A DNA stretch of 64,000 nucleotides, taken from NCBI GenBank assembly GCA_963828165.1, contig CAWHDR010000001.1, forward strand, positions 1,632,001 to 1,696,000, given 5' to 3'. The position numbers and the translations under genes were made by a program. Shown here piece after piece: positions 50,885 through 62,991 of this stretch. The notes below the pieces were generated by a model. The model had not been told where the DNA came from and did not search any database. It saw nothing but the letters and a program-made list of their open reading frames with translations. Within the stretch, counting starts at the first letter, position 1; each line of letters opens with the position of its first letter. This stretch comes from an uncultured Chloroflexia bacterium. GTDB taxonomy: Bacteria > Chloroflexota > Limnocylindria > Limnocylindrales > CSP1-4.

Positions 50885-52378
50885 ATGGCGTCCCTCCACG
50901 ACCTCCACCGCGCGCTCTTTCCGACCGCTCGTCCGCTCGGGGCGATGGACCTCGCGCCCGAACGCGCGGAGCGCGAGGTCGGCTGGGTCCGGGTCCTCAA
51001 AGCCCGCGTGCCCGCGTTCGAGGCGCTCGAGACCGGCGACCTTGCCATCATCCCGGGCGCGGCGCTCGCCGTGGTGGCGCCCAGGCCGGCCCAGGTCGAG
51101 GAGCTCGCCGTCGCCCTGGCCCGTGCCCGCGTGCCGGCTGTCCTGCTCGTGGAGGGCGAGACCGGCAGCGACGTCCTGGCGGCGCTCGGCGAGGCGGTGA
51201 CCACAGCCGGGATCACTGCCCTCCACCTGGGCCGGATGGATCCGGTGGCCCTGGAACGGAGCGTGATCGGGTTCCTCGTCAATCGACGAGCGGAGCTTGA
51301 CCGCCGCGCAGCCGACCTCGAGGCCCAGCTGGCGCGGTTCGCGCTGCTGGGTCACGGCCTGGACATGCAGGCCGCGACCATCGGCTCCTTTCTGGGGCGC
51401 GCGGTCGTCATCGAAGGGCGGCGGGGGGACCCCATATCCGTCCACGCCCCCGCCGACGTCCCGTCCGCGGCTGCCGCCATCGCCCGCTACCTGGCACGGC
51501 CGTCTGGCGGCGCGGCCCTTCGGGTCGACATCCCGGCCCCGGCCGGCGAGCCAGGCGTGGGCGGTCGCCTCGTGCTGCTTGGAGACGAGGCGCCCAACGA
51601 GCTGGAACGGATCGCGGCGGACCGGATCGTGGCCCTGCTCGCCCTCGAGCTGTCGCGCGACGCGGCCGTCCGTCAGGCGCGTGACGAGACCAGGCGCGGC
51701 GAGCCGTTGCCGGCCGATGGCCCGCCCTGGGTGGTCATGCTCGCGAGCCAGCACGCGGCCGACGGCCCCGACGACATCGCGGCCCGCGAGGAGACGCGGG
51801 GCGAGCTGCGGCTGCTGATGTCGCCGCGACGGCTCGCGCTTCGCGGCAGCTCGGAGAGCCTGGAACTGCGCCTCGTGGCGGCCGCTCCGGCGGACGATCC
51901 CGGAGGCCTCGCGACGGCCGGCCGCCTGGCGACGTTCCTCGGCCGCACGGTCGCGGTCTCGCGGCCGTTCGTCGAGCCTGGAGCCCGGCCGGCCGCGGAG
52001 GCCGCCGCCCGCGCGACCCTCGAGGCCGCCGACCTGCTCGTCGCTCCGCCTCCCGTTGTGCGCGCCGCACGGTTGCCGGCCTATCTCCTCATCGGCAACG
52101 TGCGCAACCTGCCCGACGGCGTGCGTCAGGCGCGCGAGCTGCTCGGGCCGATCCTCGTGGGGCGGCCAGAAGTCCAGCACGAGCGGCTGGAAACGCTCCG
52201 TGCGGTCCTCGGGTCGCCGAGCCTCAACGAGGCAGCGACGCGCCTGGGGGTACACCGCAACACGGTCACGTACCGGATCGCGCGACTGGAAACGCTCGCC
52301 GAATGGGATCTCGCCGACCCCGATCTCCGCTTCGCGCTGGAGCTCGCGGTCCGAGTAGTGCAAAACGAACAAATCTGA
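50885..52378 (+). CDS. PucR family transcriptional regulator
   Basis: N-terminal PucR-like VGWVRV domain; C-terminal AATRLGVHRNTVTYRIARLE HTH. Confidence 0.9.
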   Translation: MASLHDLHRALFPTARPLGAMDLAPERAEREVGWVRVLKARVPAFEALETGDLAIIPGAALAVVAPRPAQVEELAVALARARVPAVLLVEGETGSDVLAALGEAVTTAGITALHLGRMDPVALERSVIGFLVNRRAELDRRAADLEAQLARFALLGHGLDMQAATIGSFLGRAVVIEGRRGDPISVHAPADVPSAAAAIARYLARPSGGAALRVDIPAPAGEPGVGGRLVLLGDEAPNELERIAADRIVALLALELSRDAAVRQARDETRRGEPLPADGPPWVVMLASQHAADGPDDIAAREETRGELRLLMSPRRLALRGSSESLELRLVAAAPADDPGGLATAGRLATFLGRTVAVSRPFVEPGARPAAEAAARATLEAADLLVAPPPVVRAARLPAYLLIGNVRNLPDGVRQARELLGPILVGRPEVQHERLETLRAVLGSPSLNEAATRLGVHRNTVTYRIARLETLAEWDLADPDLRFALELAVRVVQNEQI

Positions 52379-52466
52379 GCGCCATCGGGGCGTGTCTCCG
52401 GGGCGTTCGGCGCTGCTATGCTGGTCAATGACGGCGATTTGGGCGCGATTCATGCGCCATGCACAA
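52356..52466 (+). promoter_or_regulatory. GS promoter with extended -10 and two PucR-type boxes
   Basis: TAGTGCAAAACGAACAA (52356-52372) and TCATGCGCCATGCACAA (52450-52466) share TGC-N5-G-N-ACAA; TG-C-TATGCT at 52414-52422. Confidence 0.5.
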
Positions 52467-52516
52467 CTTCGTCACCGGATCCCGGCCCCAGACGGACCGA
52501 CGTGCAGGAGATCACA

Positions 52517-54654
<2,138 letters not shown>

Positions 54655-54661
<7 letters not shown>

Positions 54662-54689
54662 GGCTCGCCTCGTACTGAGGCTTCGCCTC
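54655..54689. repeat. 17/18-bp tandem duplication spanning the GSIII stop codon, each unit a mini-hairpin
   Basis: GTACTGAGGCTCGCCTC followed by GTACTGAGGCTTCGCCTC. Confidence 0.8.
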
Positions 54690-54716
54690 GGCTCCGTCCC
54701 AGGAGGCATCGTCCCC

Positions 54717-56072
54717 GTGGCCAGCAGCCCCGAATCCAGCGCCAAGATCGAAGCGGCCCAGGCATCAGGCATCCGCTTCGTCCAGCTCCAGTTCACCGAC
54801 ATCATCGGCCACGTCAAGGCGGTCACGATCCCGATCCACCGGCTCGAGGAGTCGGTCGGGCACGGGACGTGGTTCGACGGCTCATCGATCGAGGGATTTA
54901 CCCGGATCGCCGAGTCCGACCAGTACCTCATGCCCGACATGGAGACGTTCGCGGAGATCCCGTGGCAGCGCGGATCGGGACCGCGCGGGACCGCCCGCGT
55001 CATCTGCGACGTGTTCACGCCCAACGGCGAGCCGTTCGTCGGTGACCCGCGGTTCGTGCTGCGTCGCCAGGTCGAGCGCGCGAAGAACCTGGGGTACGTC
55101 GTCAACTTCGGCCCAGAGCTGGAATTCTTCCTGTTCCGCCGTTCCGAGGACGGCTCGATCGAGCCGCTGCCGCACGACCAAGCGGGCTACTTCGACTTCT
55201 CGACCGACCTCGCCGGGGAGATCCGCCAGGACATGGTGGATGCGCTCGAAGCGTTCGGCATCAAGGTCGAGGCGGCCCACCACGAGGTCGCCGTCGGACA
55301 GCACGAGATCGACTTCGAGTATTCCGATGCGCTGACGACGGCCGACAACGCGGTCACCTTCAAGTTCGCGCTCAAGGCCATCGCCCAGCAGCACGGGCTC
55401 TACGCGACGTTCATGCCCAAGCCGATCCACGGGATCAACGGCTCCGGGATGCATGCCCACCAATCGCTATGGTCGATCGCCGAGGGGCGCAACGCCTTCG
55501 CGGATGCCACGAACCCATACGGGCTGTCCGATGTGGCGCGCTCGTACATGGCCGGGATCCTCGCCCACGCTCGCGGCATGATCGCCGTCCTCGCACCGCT
55601 CGTGAACTCGTACAAGCGCCTCGTGCCGGGCTATGAGGCCCCGACCTACCTGACGTGGGGCCGCACCAACCGGTCCGCCCTCATCCGCGTGCCGATGGTC
55701 TCGCCCGGGCGCTCCGTCGAGGGCACCCGAGCGGAAGTGCGCTGTCCCGACCCCTCGTCGAACACGTACCTGGCGTTCGCGGCGATGATCGCCGCCGGAC
55801 TTGATGGCGTCGCGAAGAACATGGTGCTATCCGACCCGGTGGAAGAGTCCCTGTTCGAGATGGATGCGACACGGATCGCCGAGAAGGGCATCAAGGAGCT
55901 GCCCGGGACCCTGGGCGAGGCCCTCGACGAGCTCGAGCGCGACGACGTCATCCGCGAGGCCCTCGGAGATCACGTGTTCAGCCACTACCTCGAGGCAAAG
56001 CGCGCCGAATGGGACGAGTACCGGACCCAGGTCAGCGACTGGGAGGTCGAGCGCTACCTGGACCAGTACTAG
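54717..56072 (+). CDS. glnA: Glutamine synthetase type I (GSI-alpha-like)
   Basis: FDGSSIEGFTRIAESD, HHEVAVGQHEID, ATFMPKP..GINGSGMH, NSYKRLVPGYEAP, NRSALIRVP, EVRCPDP. Confidence 0.95.
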   Translation: MASSPESSAKIEAAQASGIRFVQLQFTDIIGHVKAVTIPIHRLEESVGHGTWFDGSSIEGFTRIAESDQYLMPDMETFAEIPWQRGSGPRGTARVICDVFTPNGEPFVGDPRFVLRRQVERAKNLGYVVNFGPELEFFLFRRSEDGSIEPLPHDQAGYFDFSTDLAGEIRQDMVDALEAFGIKVEAAHHEVAVGQHEIDFEYSDALTTADNAVTFKFALKAIAQQHGLYATFMPKPIHGINGSGMHAHQSLWSIAEGRNAFADATNPYGLSDVARSYMAGILAHARGMIAVLAPLVNSYKRLVPGYEAPTYLTWGRTNRSALIRVPMVSPGRSVEGTRAEVRCPDPSSNTYLAFAAMIAAGLDGVAKNMVLSDPVEESLFEMDATRIAEKGIKELPGTLGEALDELERDDVIREALGDHVFSHYLEAKRAEWDEYRTQVSDWEVERYLDQY

Positions 56073-56111
56073 GCACGACCGGCGCGGTCGCGCGGCCGAC
56101 CCGCCTCAACA

Positions 56112-56129
56112 GACCGCCAGATGGCGGTC
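56112..56129 (+). terminator. Hairpin after glnA
   Basis: GACCGCCA-GA-TGGCGGTC. Confidence 0.5.
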
Positions 56130-56151
56130 CCAGGTGTCCCGCGACGTCTCA

Positions 56152-56460
56152 GCCATGACGGGTCCTGAGGCACCGGATCCCCATCTGGGGCGAGCGCTCG
56201 CGCGAGGTTCATGGGGTGAACATGAGTGGATCGTTGCGATCGAGGAACCTCGGACGCCAGCCCTCCTCGGGTTTACCGGGTGAACCTCACGCGAGCGGGT
56301 GAGCGCGCCATGACGGGTCCTGAGGCACCGGATCCCCATCTGGGGCGAGCGCTCGCGCGAGGTTCATGGGGTGAACATGCGTGGATCGTTGCGATCGAGG
56401 AACCTCGGACGCCAGCCCTCCTCGGGTTTACCGGCTGAACCTCACGCGAGCGGGTGAGCG
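56152..56460. repeat. Two tandem 155-bp units, each with a long internal inverted repeat
   Basis: Units 56152-56306 and 56307-56460 differ at two positions (56225/56380 and 56280/56435); arms CGCTCGCGCGAGGTTCA / TGAACCTCACGCGAGCG. Confidence 0.95.
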
Positions 56461-56513
56461 AGAGGTTAGGAGCGGCCAAAGCGGAGCGAACCCCGGCGCG
56501 TCAACCTGCCGCC

Positions 56514-57233
56514 ATGGCCCGCATCGACGAGTCCCTAGCCGCGACACTCGGCGAACGAATCAGGTTCGCCCGCTCCGCTGTGGGCATCCGTCAGATCGAC
56601 GTCGCAAGGCGGGCAGGCATCTCTCGCGCGATGGTCACCCGAATGGAGCTTGGTCGCGGCGGATCGATCAGCCTGGATTCGTGGGCTGCGGTCGCCGGGG
56701 TTCTTGGCGTCGAACTTGTCGCCGAAATCAACGACCGGGCTGCGTCGTCGCGGGGGCACGTCGAGCTGCGATGTCACGGGCTTGTAGCCGTGGTCGCACG
56801 GGATGGCGGATGGGCTGCCGCGACGGAGATCGTTCGGGCGCGTCCGGATTCTGCGCCTTCGAGCGTGGAGACGATCCTGGTGCGATCGTTTCGCCAGGAG
56901 GCTGCCGTCGTCCACGCCTGGCACCCGGTGCCGAACGTGGGGCCGGCACTCCGTGACCTCGGGGCTCGGTGTGAGCATCTTCGGCGGTCGTTCGGACCCG
57001 GTTGGTCGGTGAGTGCGCTGGTCCTCTGTCCATCGACGACGGCCGCCCGGCGTCGGGTGACGGAGGTGGCCCAAGGCCTGGCGATGGACCTGCCGGCGAC
57101 CTGCGGCGAATGGATGGCCGCGCTGCGACACAGGCGCTCGCCGATGCCGGCGGCCGGTCTGTTGTGGACGGATCGATGGGCAGAGCGGTTCAGGCCAGCC
57201 GGTCGACACCCGGGATGGCAACGACCGGTTTGA
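56514..57233 (+). CDS. XRE-type HTH protein with a C-terminal degenerate PD-(D/E)XK-like domain
   Basis: IRFAR..GIRQIDVARRAGISRAMVTRMELG HTH; GW...E...SVETILV...VVHAW follows restriction-endonuclease-fold spacing; codon usage less GC3-biased than neighbours. Confidence 0.7.
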   Translation: MARIDESLAATLGERIRFARSAVGIRQIDVARRAGISRAMVTRMELGRGGSISLDSWAAVAGVLGVELVAEINDRAASSRGHVELRCHGLVAVVARDGGWAAATEIVRARPDSAPSSVETILVRSFRQEAAVVHAWHPVPNVGPALRDLGARCEHLRRSFGPGWSVSALVLCPSTTAARRRVTEVAQGLAMDLPATCGEWMAALRHRRSPMPAAGLLWTDRWAERFRPAGRHPGWQRPV

Positions 57234-57254
57234 GCTCTCCGGCAAGATGGCAGC

Positions 57255-58286
57255 GTGCACGGTCCACGAGTCGAGAATCGCCGCCCTTCGAAGCTGCGGC
57301 TCGCGCTGCTGCTGGCGGTCGTTGCGGCCGTGGGGTTCCTGGCGATCGTCATCGTCACCGATCCGCGACGGATCGGGATCTTCATGACCGAGCCCGGCCG
57401 GACCGCGTCGCCGGGTGAGGCGGGCTGGAGGTATGCAGGCCCTGCGCCGATCGCCCTGACCGAGGTGGCCGCCGCGGCCCACGACGGCCGGATCTGGGTC
57501 GCCGGTGGCCTCGACGATGCGGGCCGGGCCGTGGACCACCTCCAGGTCTTCGATCCGGTCGGCGACGCCTGGGGAGAGGGCCCACGGTTGCCCGAGCCCG
57601 TCCACCATTCCTCGCTCGTGACCGATGGCGACACGCTGTTCCTGATCGGCGGGTTCACGGGCGATGGCTTCGGGAACCCGACAGACGCGGTCTGGCGGCT
57701 CGACGACACGTATACGGGCGCGTGGGCGCCGGCCGAGGCACTCCCCGAAGCGCGCGGGGCCGGTGCCGCGGCATGGAACGGGCGGGGCGGGATCCTGTAC
57801 GGCGGCGGCGTGGGTCCGGCGGGGGTCTCGGCGGACGTCTTCATCCGCGAGGACGGCGCCTGGCGACGCCTGGCGTCGCTCAGTCAGGCGCGGGAGCATC
57901 TGGCCGCGACGTCCGTCGGCTCGGGCTCGGTCGCGTTCCTGGGCGGCCGCATCGGCGGGCTGGACGGCAACCTCGGGACGGTCGATCTCGTGTCCGCCGA
58001 GGGCGTCGTGGGTCGTGCCCAGGATCTGCCGACTCCGCGCGGCGGGATCGCGGCGTTCTCGGCCGGAGCGCTCGGCGATTGCGTGGTGGGCGGTGAGGGC
58101 CCGGATGGCACGTTCGGGGCCGTCGAATGTGTCGGGGCGTTCGAGGTGACGACGCTTCCCGGGCTCGATCTGCCGCGGCACGGACTCGGCGCAGTGTTCT
58201 GGGAGGGGCGTGCCTATGCGCTGCTCGGCGGCGCCCAACCCGGGCTGACGGTCAGCGGCACGGTCGAGGTACTCGACCTGCCCTGA
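57255..58286 (+). CDS. Membrane-anchored Kelch-repeat protein
   Basis: TM helix followed by repeated VAGG/LIGG/YGGG/FLGG/VVGG/LLGG blades with W...LP..R. Confidence 0.88.
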   Translation: MHGPRVENRRPSKLRLALLLAVVAAVGFLAIVIVTDPRRIGIFMTEPGRTASPGEAGWRYAGPAPIALTEVAAAAHDGRIWVAGGLDDAGRAVDHLQVFDPVGDAWGEGPRLPEPVHHSSLVTDGDTLFLIGGFTGDGFGNPTDAVWRLDDTYTGAWAPAEALPEARGAGAAAWNGRGGILYGGGVGPAGVSADVFIREDGAWRRLASLSQAREHLAATSVGSGSVAFLGGRIGGLDGNLGTVDLVSAEGVVGRAQDLPTPRGGIAAFSAGALGDCVVGGEGPDGTFGAVECVGAFEVTTLPGLDLPRHGLGAVFWEGRAYALLGGAQPGLTVSGTVEVLDLP

Positions 58287-58303
58287 CCCGCCAAGATGCA
58301 ACC

Positions 58304-59548
58304 GTGCCCGCCTTGCCGACGATCCACCCCATGCGCTCGCTCGCCTTGCTCTCGGTGGCGCACGCGGTCAACCACGCATACGCCGTCTTATTGCCGCCGA
58401 TCTTCCTGGCCATCATCGACGAGTTCGGCGTCACCGTTTCGGCGGTGGCCATCCTCGCCGCGGCCGGTGCCATCGCGTCGGGGATGGTCCAGTTCACCTA
58501 TGCGGAGCTGACACGGCGAGTCTCCCGCCGCCGGTTGCTGGGCCTGGGCGGCATCCTGTTCGGTGGCGGGTTCGCCGCCATGGCGCTGGCGACGAACTTC
58601 GCGACCTTCGTGATCCCGAACGTCGTGTCGCGGATCGGCGGTTCGCCGCAGCACCCGGTCGGGAACGGTCTGCTCGCGGAACAGTTCCCGCCGGCGCGGC
58701 GTGGGTTCGCGATCAGCGCCCACATCGCCGGTGGGAACCTCGGCACCGTCGTCATCGCCATCGTCGGGACGCCGATGCTGGCCGTCCTCGGGTGGCGCGG
58801 CGTGTCCATCGTGTTCGGCGTGCTCGCGATCCTCATCGGGATCAGCATCCTTGCCCTCATCCGGGAACGTGGCACGGACCGGGCTGCGGCCGTCGCGGGT
58901 GGCAGCAGTCGGGACGCGCTCCGCCGGGTCCTGGCGGACCGCGACCTGCGCTGGCTGTTCCTCACGTCGGTGCTCGGTGGCGGCGGGCGCGGGCTCGGTG
59001 TCGTGAACCTGTTCGTTCTGATCTACCTGACCCGCGTGCTCGGTTTCGATGCCGCGACGTCCGGCCTGATGTACGGCGCACTCATCGTCTTCAGCGTGCC
59101 GATGCCGTTGCTCGCGGGCTGGCTCTCCGATCGGTGGGGGCGCAAGCCGCTCATCATCGGAGCCTATCTGGGCGGTGCCATCGGCTTCGGCGTGTTCGTC
59201 TTCGCCGGGTCATCGCTGGTCTGGCTGTGGGCGGGGATCGTACTGATGGGCCTCTTCTCGTTCGCCGAATCGCCGCAGTTGCAGGCCTTGCTGGCCGACA
59301 TCGCCCCACCGGCTACGCGGGACGCCTCGTACGCCCTGTACTTCACGCTCGCCTTCGGTGTCGGGTCGCTGTGGACAGCGCTCTACGGCGTCGTCATCGC
59401 GGCACTCGGCGAGCCGATCGGCGTCCCCGTCGTCTTCGGCCTGATGGCGGCCTCGTTCGTGGCGGCGGCGCTGGCCACGCTCCCGATCCGGACCGACGAC
59501 ACGGGTGCGAGGACACCGGCTGGCATACTGCCGCCGAACGAGGCCTGA
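58304..59548 (+). CDS. MFS transporter (Fsr-like)
   Basis: AHAVNH, QHPVG, RGFAISAH..GGNLG, GWLSDRWGRK; about 12 TMs. Confidence 0.92.
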   Translation: MPALPTIHPMRSLALLSVAHAVNHAYAVLLPPIFLAIIDEFGVTVSAVAILAAAGAIASGMVQFTYAELTRRVSRRRLLGLGGILFGGGFAAMALATNFATFVIPNVVSRIGGSPQHPVGNGLLAEQFPPARRGFAISAHIAGGNLGTVVIAIVGTPMLAVLGWRGVSIVFGVLAILIGISILALIRERGTDRAAAVAGGSSRDALRRVLADRDLRWLFLTSVLGGGGRGLGVVNLFVLIYLTRVLGFDAATSGLMYGALIVFSVPMPLLAGWLSDRWGRKPLIIGAYLGGAIGFGVFVFAGSSLVWLWAGIVLMGLFSFAESPQLQALLADIAPPATRDASYALYFTLAFGVGSLWTALYGVVIAALGEPIGVPVVFGLMAASFVAAALATLPIRTDDTGARTPAGILPPNEA

Positions 59549-59572
59549 CCGACGGGCCGCGCAAGGAGTGGC

Positions 59573-60256
59573 GTGGACGCGAGGATCCTGCTCGTCGAGG
59601 ATGACCCATCGATCCGCGAGGTCACGGCCATCGGGCTGCGCAACGCCGGCTTCACGGTCGAGACGGCCAGCGACGGGCGTGAGGGCCTCCACCGGTTCGA
59701 GCGCGAGCCATTCGACCTCGTCCTGCTGGACGTGATGCTGCCGCGGATGGACGGCCTCGAGGTGTGCCGCGCGATCCGCCGAACCTCGACGATCCCGGTG
59801 GTCATGCTGACCGCGCGCGCCGACACGCTCGATGTCGTGGTGGGGCTCGAGGCCGGTGCCGACGACTACGTGCGCAAGCCGTTCGAGGTCCCCGAGCTCG
59901 TCGCCCGCGTGCGCGCGGCCCTGCGACGGGTCGGCCGGGCACCCGAGGACGAGGCCGCCCAGTTGCGTTTGGGACCGCTTCTCATCGACATCGCCGGGCG
60001 GACGGTGACGCGCGACGGACGGGACATCCCACTGACGCGCACGGAATTCGACCTGCTCGTCGACCTCGCTCGACATGCCGGCCAGGTGCTCGCCCGGGAC
60101 ACCCTCCTCGATCGGATCTGGGGCTATGACTACCTGGGCGATTCGAGGCTCGTGGACGTCGCAGTCGGACGGCTCCGGGCGAAGGTCGAGACCGATCCCG
60201 CGGCACCGGAGCTGATCCTCACGGTCCGCGGCGCGGGCTACAAGGCCAGTCGGTAG
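59573..60256 (+). CDS. OmpR-family response regulator (MtrA/CseB-like)
   Basis: VEDD, LLDVMLP, GADDYVRKPF, wHTH LTRTEFDLL...TVRGAGY. Confidence 0.95.
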   Translation: MDARILLVEDDPSIREVTAIGLRNAGFTVETASDGREGLHRFEREPFDLVLLDVMLPRMDGLEVCRAIRRTSTIPVVMLTARADTLDVVVGLEAGADDYVRKPFEVPELVARVRAALRRVGRAPEDEAAQLRLGPLLIDIAGRTVTRDGRDIPLTRTEFDLLVDLARHAGQVLARDTLLDRIWGYDYLGDSRLVDVAVGRLRAKVETDPAAPELILTVRGAGYKASR

Positions 60257-60270
60257 GGCGGGCGACGACC

Positions 60271-61770
60271 ATGTCGTGGCTGGGTGGGGTCCGGGCCCGA
60301 CTGACGGCGTCGCTCGTCGCGGTCGTGGCGCTGACGGCGATCGTCCTGGGCGTCAGCGCGTCGGTGTTCGTGGACCTGCGCCTGCACGACCAGGTGCTCC
60401 AGGCCGCGAACGAACAGGCCCGCTTCGACCTGTCGGTGGTCGTCCCAGAGCGCCAGCTCCCGGATCGGCCGACACCCGAGGACATCAGGCTCAGCGGGCT
60501 CGCCGACACGTTCCGGCGAGGTGAGGTCCGGCGCGGCGCGGTCGAGACATTCGTCGACCTGGGCGGCGACGGACGGTTCCAGTCCCACGAGAGCCTGACC
60601 GGGCTGCTCGCGCTGTTGCCCGCGGACATGCGGGCGCGCGTCGACCGGGGTGAGATCGCCTACGGCTGGCTCGACATCGCGGGGCAGCCGTCGCTCGTCG
60701 TCGGCGGGCGACCCTCCGGAGGCGGCCCGGCGTTCTATTTCGTCCGCGACGTGACCGCGGTCGGCGCCGCGATCGACCAGCTGCGCCTGGCCCTGGCGGT
60801 GGGCGCCCTCGTGATGATCGTGCTCGCCCTCGTGATCGCCCGGCGCGTGGCGCGCAGCATCCTGGCGCCGGTGGAGGAGGCGGGCAGGGTCGCCGAGCGG
60901 ATCGAGCGCGGTGACCTGTCGGCGCGCGTGCCGGTCACCTCGCGGGACGAATTCGGGACGTGGGCGGAGCGCTTCAACCGGATGACCGGCGTCCTAGCGG
61001 ACACGATCCGCCGGCTCGAGGCGGCCCAGCACCAGAATCGACGGTTCGTCGCCGACGTGTCGCACGAGCTGCGGACGCCGCTGGCGGCGCTCGTCGCCGA
61101 AGCGTCGATCGTGGGCGACCATCTCGACGAGCTGCCCACGGAGAGCCGTCGGGCCGCCGAGCTGCTCGTGGCGGATGTCGGGCGCATGCGGGCGCTCGTC
61201 GAGGAGCTCATGGAGCTGTCGCGCTTCGATGCCTCGGCGGAGGAGGTGGCGGTCGAGCCGGTCGACGTGGTCCGGCTGGTGCGTGCGGTGATCGCCTCGC
61301 GGCAGCCGACGGCCCGGTTCGATCCGCCCGCGCCGTCGGTCGTCGTCGAAACGGACCCGCGGCGGCTGGAGCGCATCCTCGCGAACTTCCTGGACAACGC
61401 GCGCGAGCACGCAGGAGCCACGGACGTGACCGTCGAGCTCGACGTGTCCGGCGAGGACCTGGTGCTGGCCGTCTCGGATCGTGGCCCAGGCGTCCCGGAG
61501 GATCGATTGCAGCGCATCTTCGAGCGGTTCACGAAGCTCGATCCGTCGCGCACTGGGGGGAGCAGCGGGCTCGGCCTCGCGATCGCGGCCGAGCACGCGG
61601 CCCTCCTCGGCGGGTACCTGCAGGCCATGAACCGCGAAGGCGGCGGCCTCCGCCTCGAGCTCGTGGTGCCGGCGCCTGTGACCCGTTCGTTACAGGACGG
61701 CGATGGCGCCGTGACCCAGGCGCTCGAGAGTGGGACTCCAACGACCACCACGAGGGAGTCCACGCCATGA
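60271..61770 (+). CDS. HAMP sensor histidine kinase (MtrB-like)
   Basis: Two TMs, HAMP, FVADVSHELRTPL, NFLDNA, DRGPG, GSSGLGLAI. Confidence 0.95.
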   Translation: MSWLGGVRARLTASLVAVVALTAIVLGVSASVFVDLRLHDQVLQAANEQARFDLSVVVPERQLPDRPTPEDIRLSGLADTFRRGEVRRGAVETFVDLGGDGRFQSHESLTGLLALLPADMRARVDRGEIAYGWLDIAGQPSLVVGGRPSGGGPAFYFVRDVTAVGAAIDQLRLALAVGALVMIVLALVIARRVARSILAPVEEAGRVAERIERGDLSARVPVTSRDEFGTWAERFNRMTGVLADTIRRLEAAQHQNRRFVADVSHELRTPLAALVAEASIVGDHLDELPTESRRAAELLVADVGRMRALVEELMELSRFDASAEEVAVEPVDVVRLVRAVIASRQPTARFDPPAPSVVVETDPRRLERILANFLDNAREHAGATDVTVELDVSGEDLVLAVSDRGPGVPEDRLQRIFERFTKLDPSRTGGSSGLGLAIAAEHAALLGGYLQAMNREGGGLRLELVVPAPVTRSLQDGDGAVTQALESGTPTTTTRESTP

Positions 61771-62768
61771 TCCGCACCGGTCAGCACATCCTTTCCGTCC
61801 TTGCCCTTTCGGTCATCGCGATCGCCGTCGTCGGCTGCGGGCCGACCGGCAGTCTCGGCACGGTCCCGCCGGTCATCCGGACCCCGGCCCCGTCCGTGGA
61901 TCCCGGCCCGCCGGACATGACGCCGGAGCCTTCGGCCGACCCCTCGGTCGACCCGACGCCCTCCGCGCCCCCCAGCCAGTCGCCTGGGAACCCGACGGCG
62001 ACACCCAAGCCCACGCCCACCCCGGCCCCGGCGGACACGATGGTGATCCGCGCGTACTTCGTGCTCGACGGTGACGTCGGTGTCGAAGGCCTCGCGCCCA
62101 CGCTGCGCGAGGTGCCCGAGACGACGGCCGTGGCCCGGGCCGCGATGGATGCCCTGCTCCGCGGCGCGATCCTGGCCGACTATGACGACCTGGCGTCGGC
62201 GATCCCCGCCGGCACGCGCCTTCTTGGACTGTCGATCCGTGATGGGATCGCCACCGTCGACCTGTCGCGCGAGTTCGAGTCGGGTGGTGGGAGCGCCTCG
62301 GCGTTCTACCGCCTCGGCCAGGTCACGTACACGCTGACCCAGTTCCCGACGGTTCGGGCCGTGCTGTTCCAGGTGGAAGGCCAGACCGTCACGACCTTCG
62401 GCAGCGAGGGCATCGTGCTCGAGGGACCGCAGGCGCGCGACGACTTCGAAGACCTTTTGCCCTCGATCTTCGTGGACCGGCCGGCCTACGGGGCCGCAGG
62501 GGGCAACCCAGCCAGGATCACCGGCAACGCGAACGTCTTCGAGGCGAGCTTCCGCATCGCGATCCTCGATGGGTCCGGCAAGACGCTGGTGGACGAGCAC
62601 GCGATGGCGACGTGCGGCACGGGCTGCCGCGGGACGTTCGACGTCACGCTGCGGTACACGGTCTCGAGGGCGCAGTGGGGAACGCTCCGGGCCTACTACG
62701 GCTCGGCCCAGGACGGTTCCCCGCAGGACGTGCGTGACTACCCGGTCTGGCTCACGCCCGCCCGCTAG
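61767..62768 (+). CDS. Lipoprotein with GerMN and Gmad2 domains
   Basis: Lipobox VVGC, Pro-rich linker, [30 protein letters not shown] (GerMN), GNANVFEA (Gmad2). Confidence 0.88.
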   Translation: MIRTGQHILSVLALSVIAIAVVGCGPTGSLGTVPPVIRTPAPSVDPGPPDMTPEPSADPSVDPTPSAPPSQSPGNPTATPKPTPTPAPADTMVIRAYFVLDGDVGVEGLAPTLREVPETTAVARAAMDALLRGAILADYDDLASAIPAGTRLLGLSIRDGIATVDLSREFESGGGSASAFYRLGQVTYTLTQFPTVRAVLFQVEGQTVTTFGSEGIVLEGPQARDDFEDLLPSIFVDRPAYGAAGGNPARITGNANVFEASFRIAILDGSGKTLVDEHAMATCGTGCRGTFDVTLRYTVSRAQWGTLRAYYGSAQDGSPQDVRDYPVWLTPAR

Positions 62769-62803
62769 ATCCCGGGGGTTGGGGCCGATACCGGCCCCGC
62801 AAC

Positions 62804-62840
62804 GGCCCGGTGAGGCGGCATGGCCGCTTCGCCGGGCCTT
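62804..62840 (+). terminator. Long hairpin after the GerMN gene
   Basis: GGCCCGGTGAGGCGGC-ATG-GCCGCTTCGCCGGGCC followed by TT. Confidence 0.6.
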
Positions 62841-62881
62841 GGTGTATCATCCGCAGGCTCTGTCGGACGAGCACCCTCGGT

Positions 62882-62958
<77 letters not shown>

Positions 62959-62991
62959 TCTCCCTCCATCCTGGATCCCTTGGTGATGCCC

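Noticed and set aside
56152-56460. Possible CRISPR or guide-RNA array
   Set aside because: Only two units, nearly identical over their full length, with no variable spacers and no cas genes
56152-56460. Possible c-di-AMP (ydaO) riboswitch because of GGGGTGAA
   Set aside because: The other conserved segments (GCTGAATCC, CCCGTCAGCTAAC) are absent
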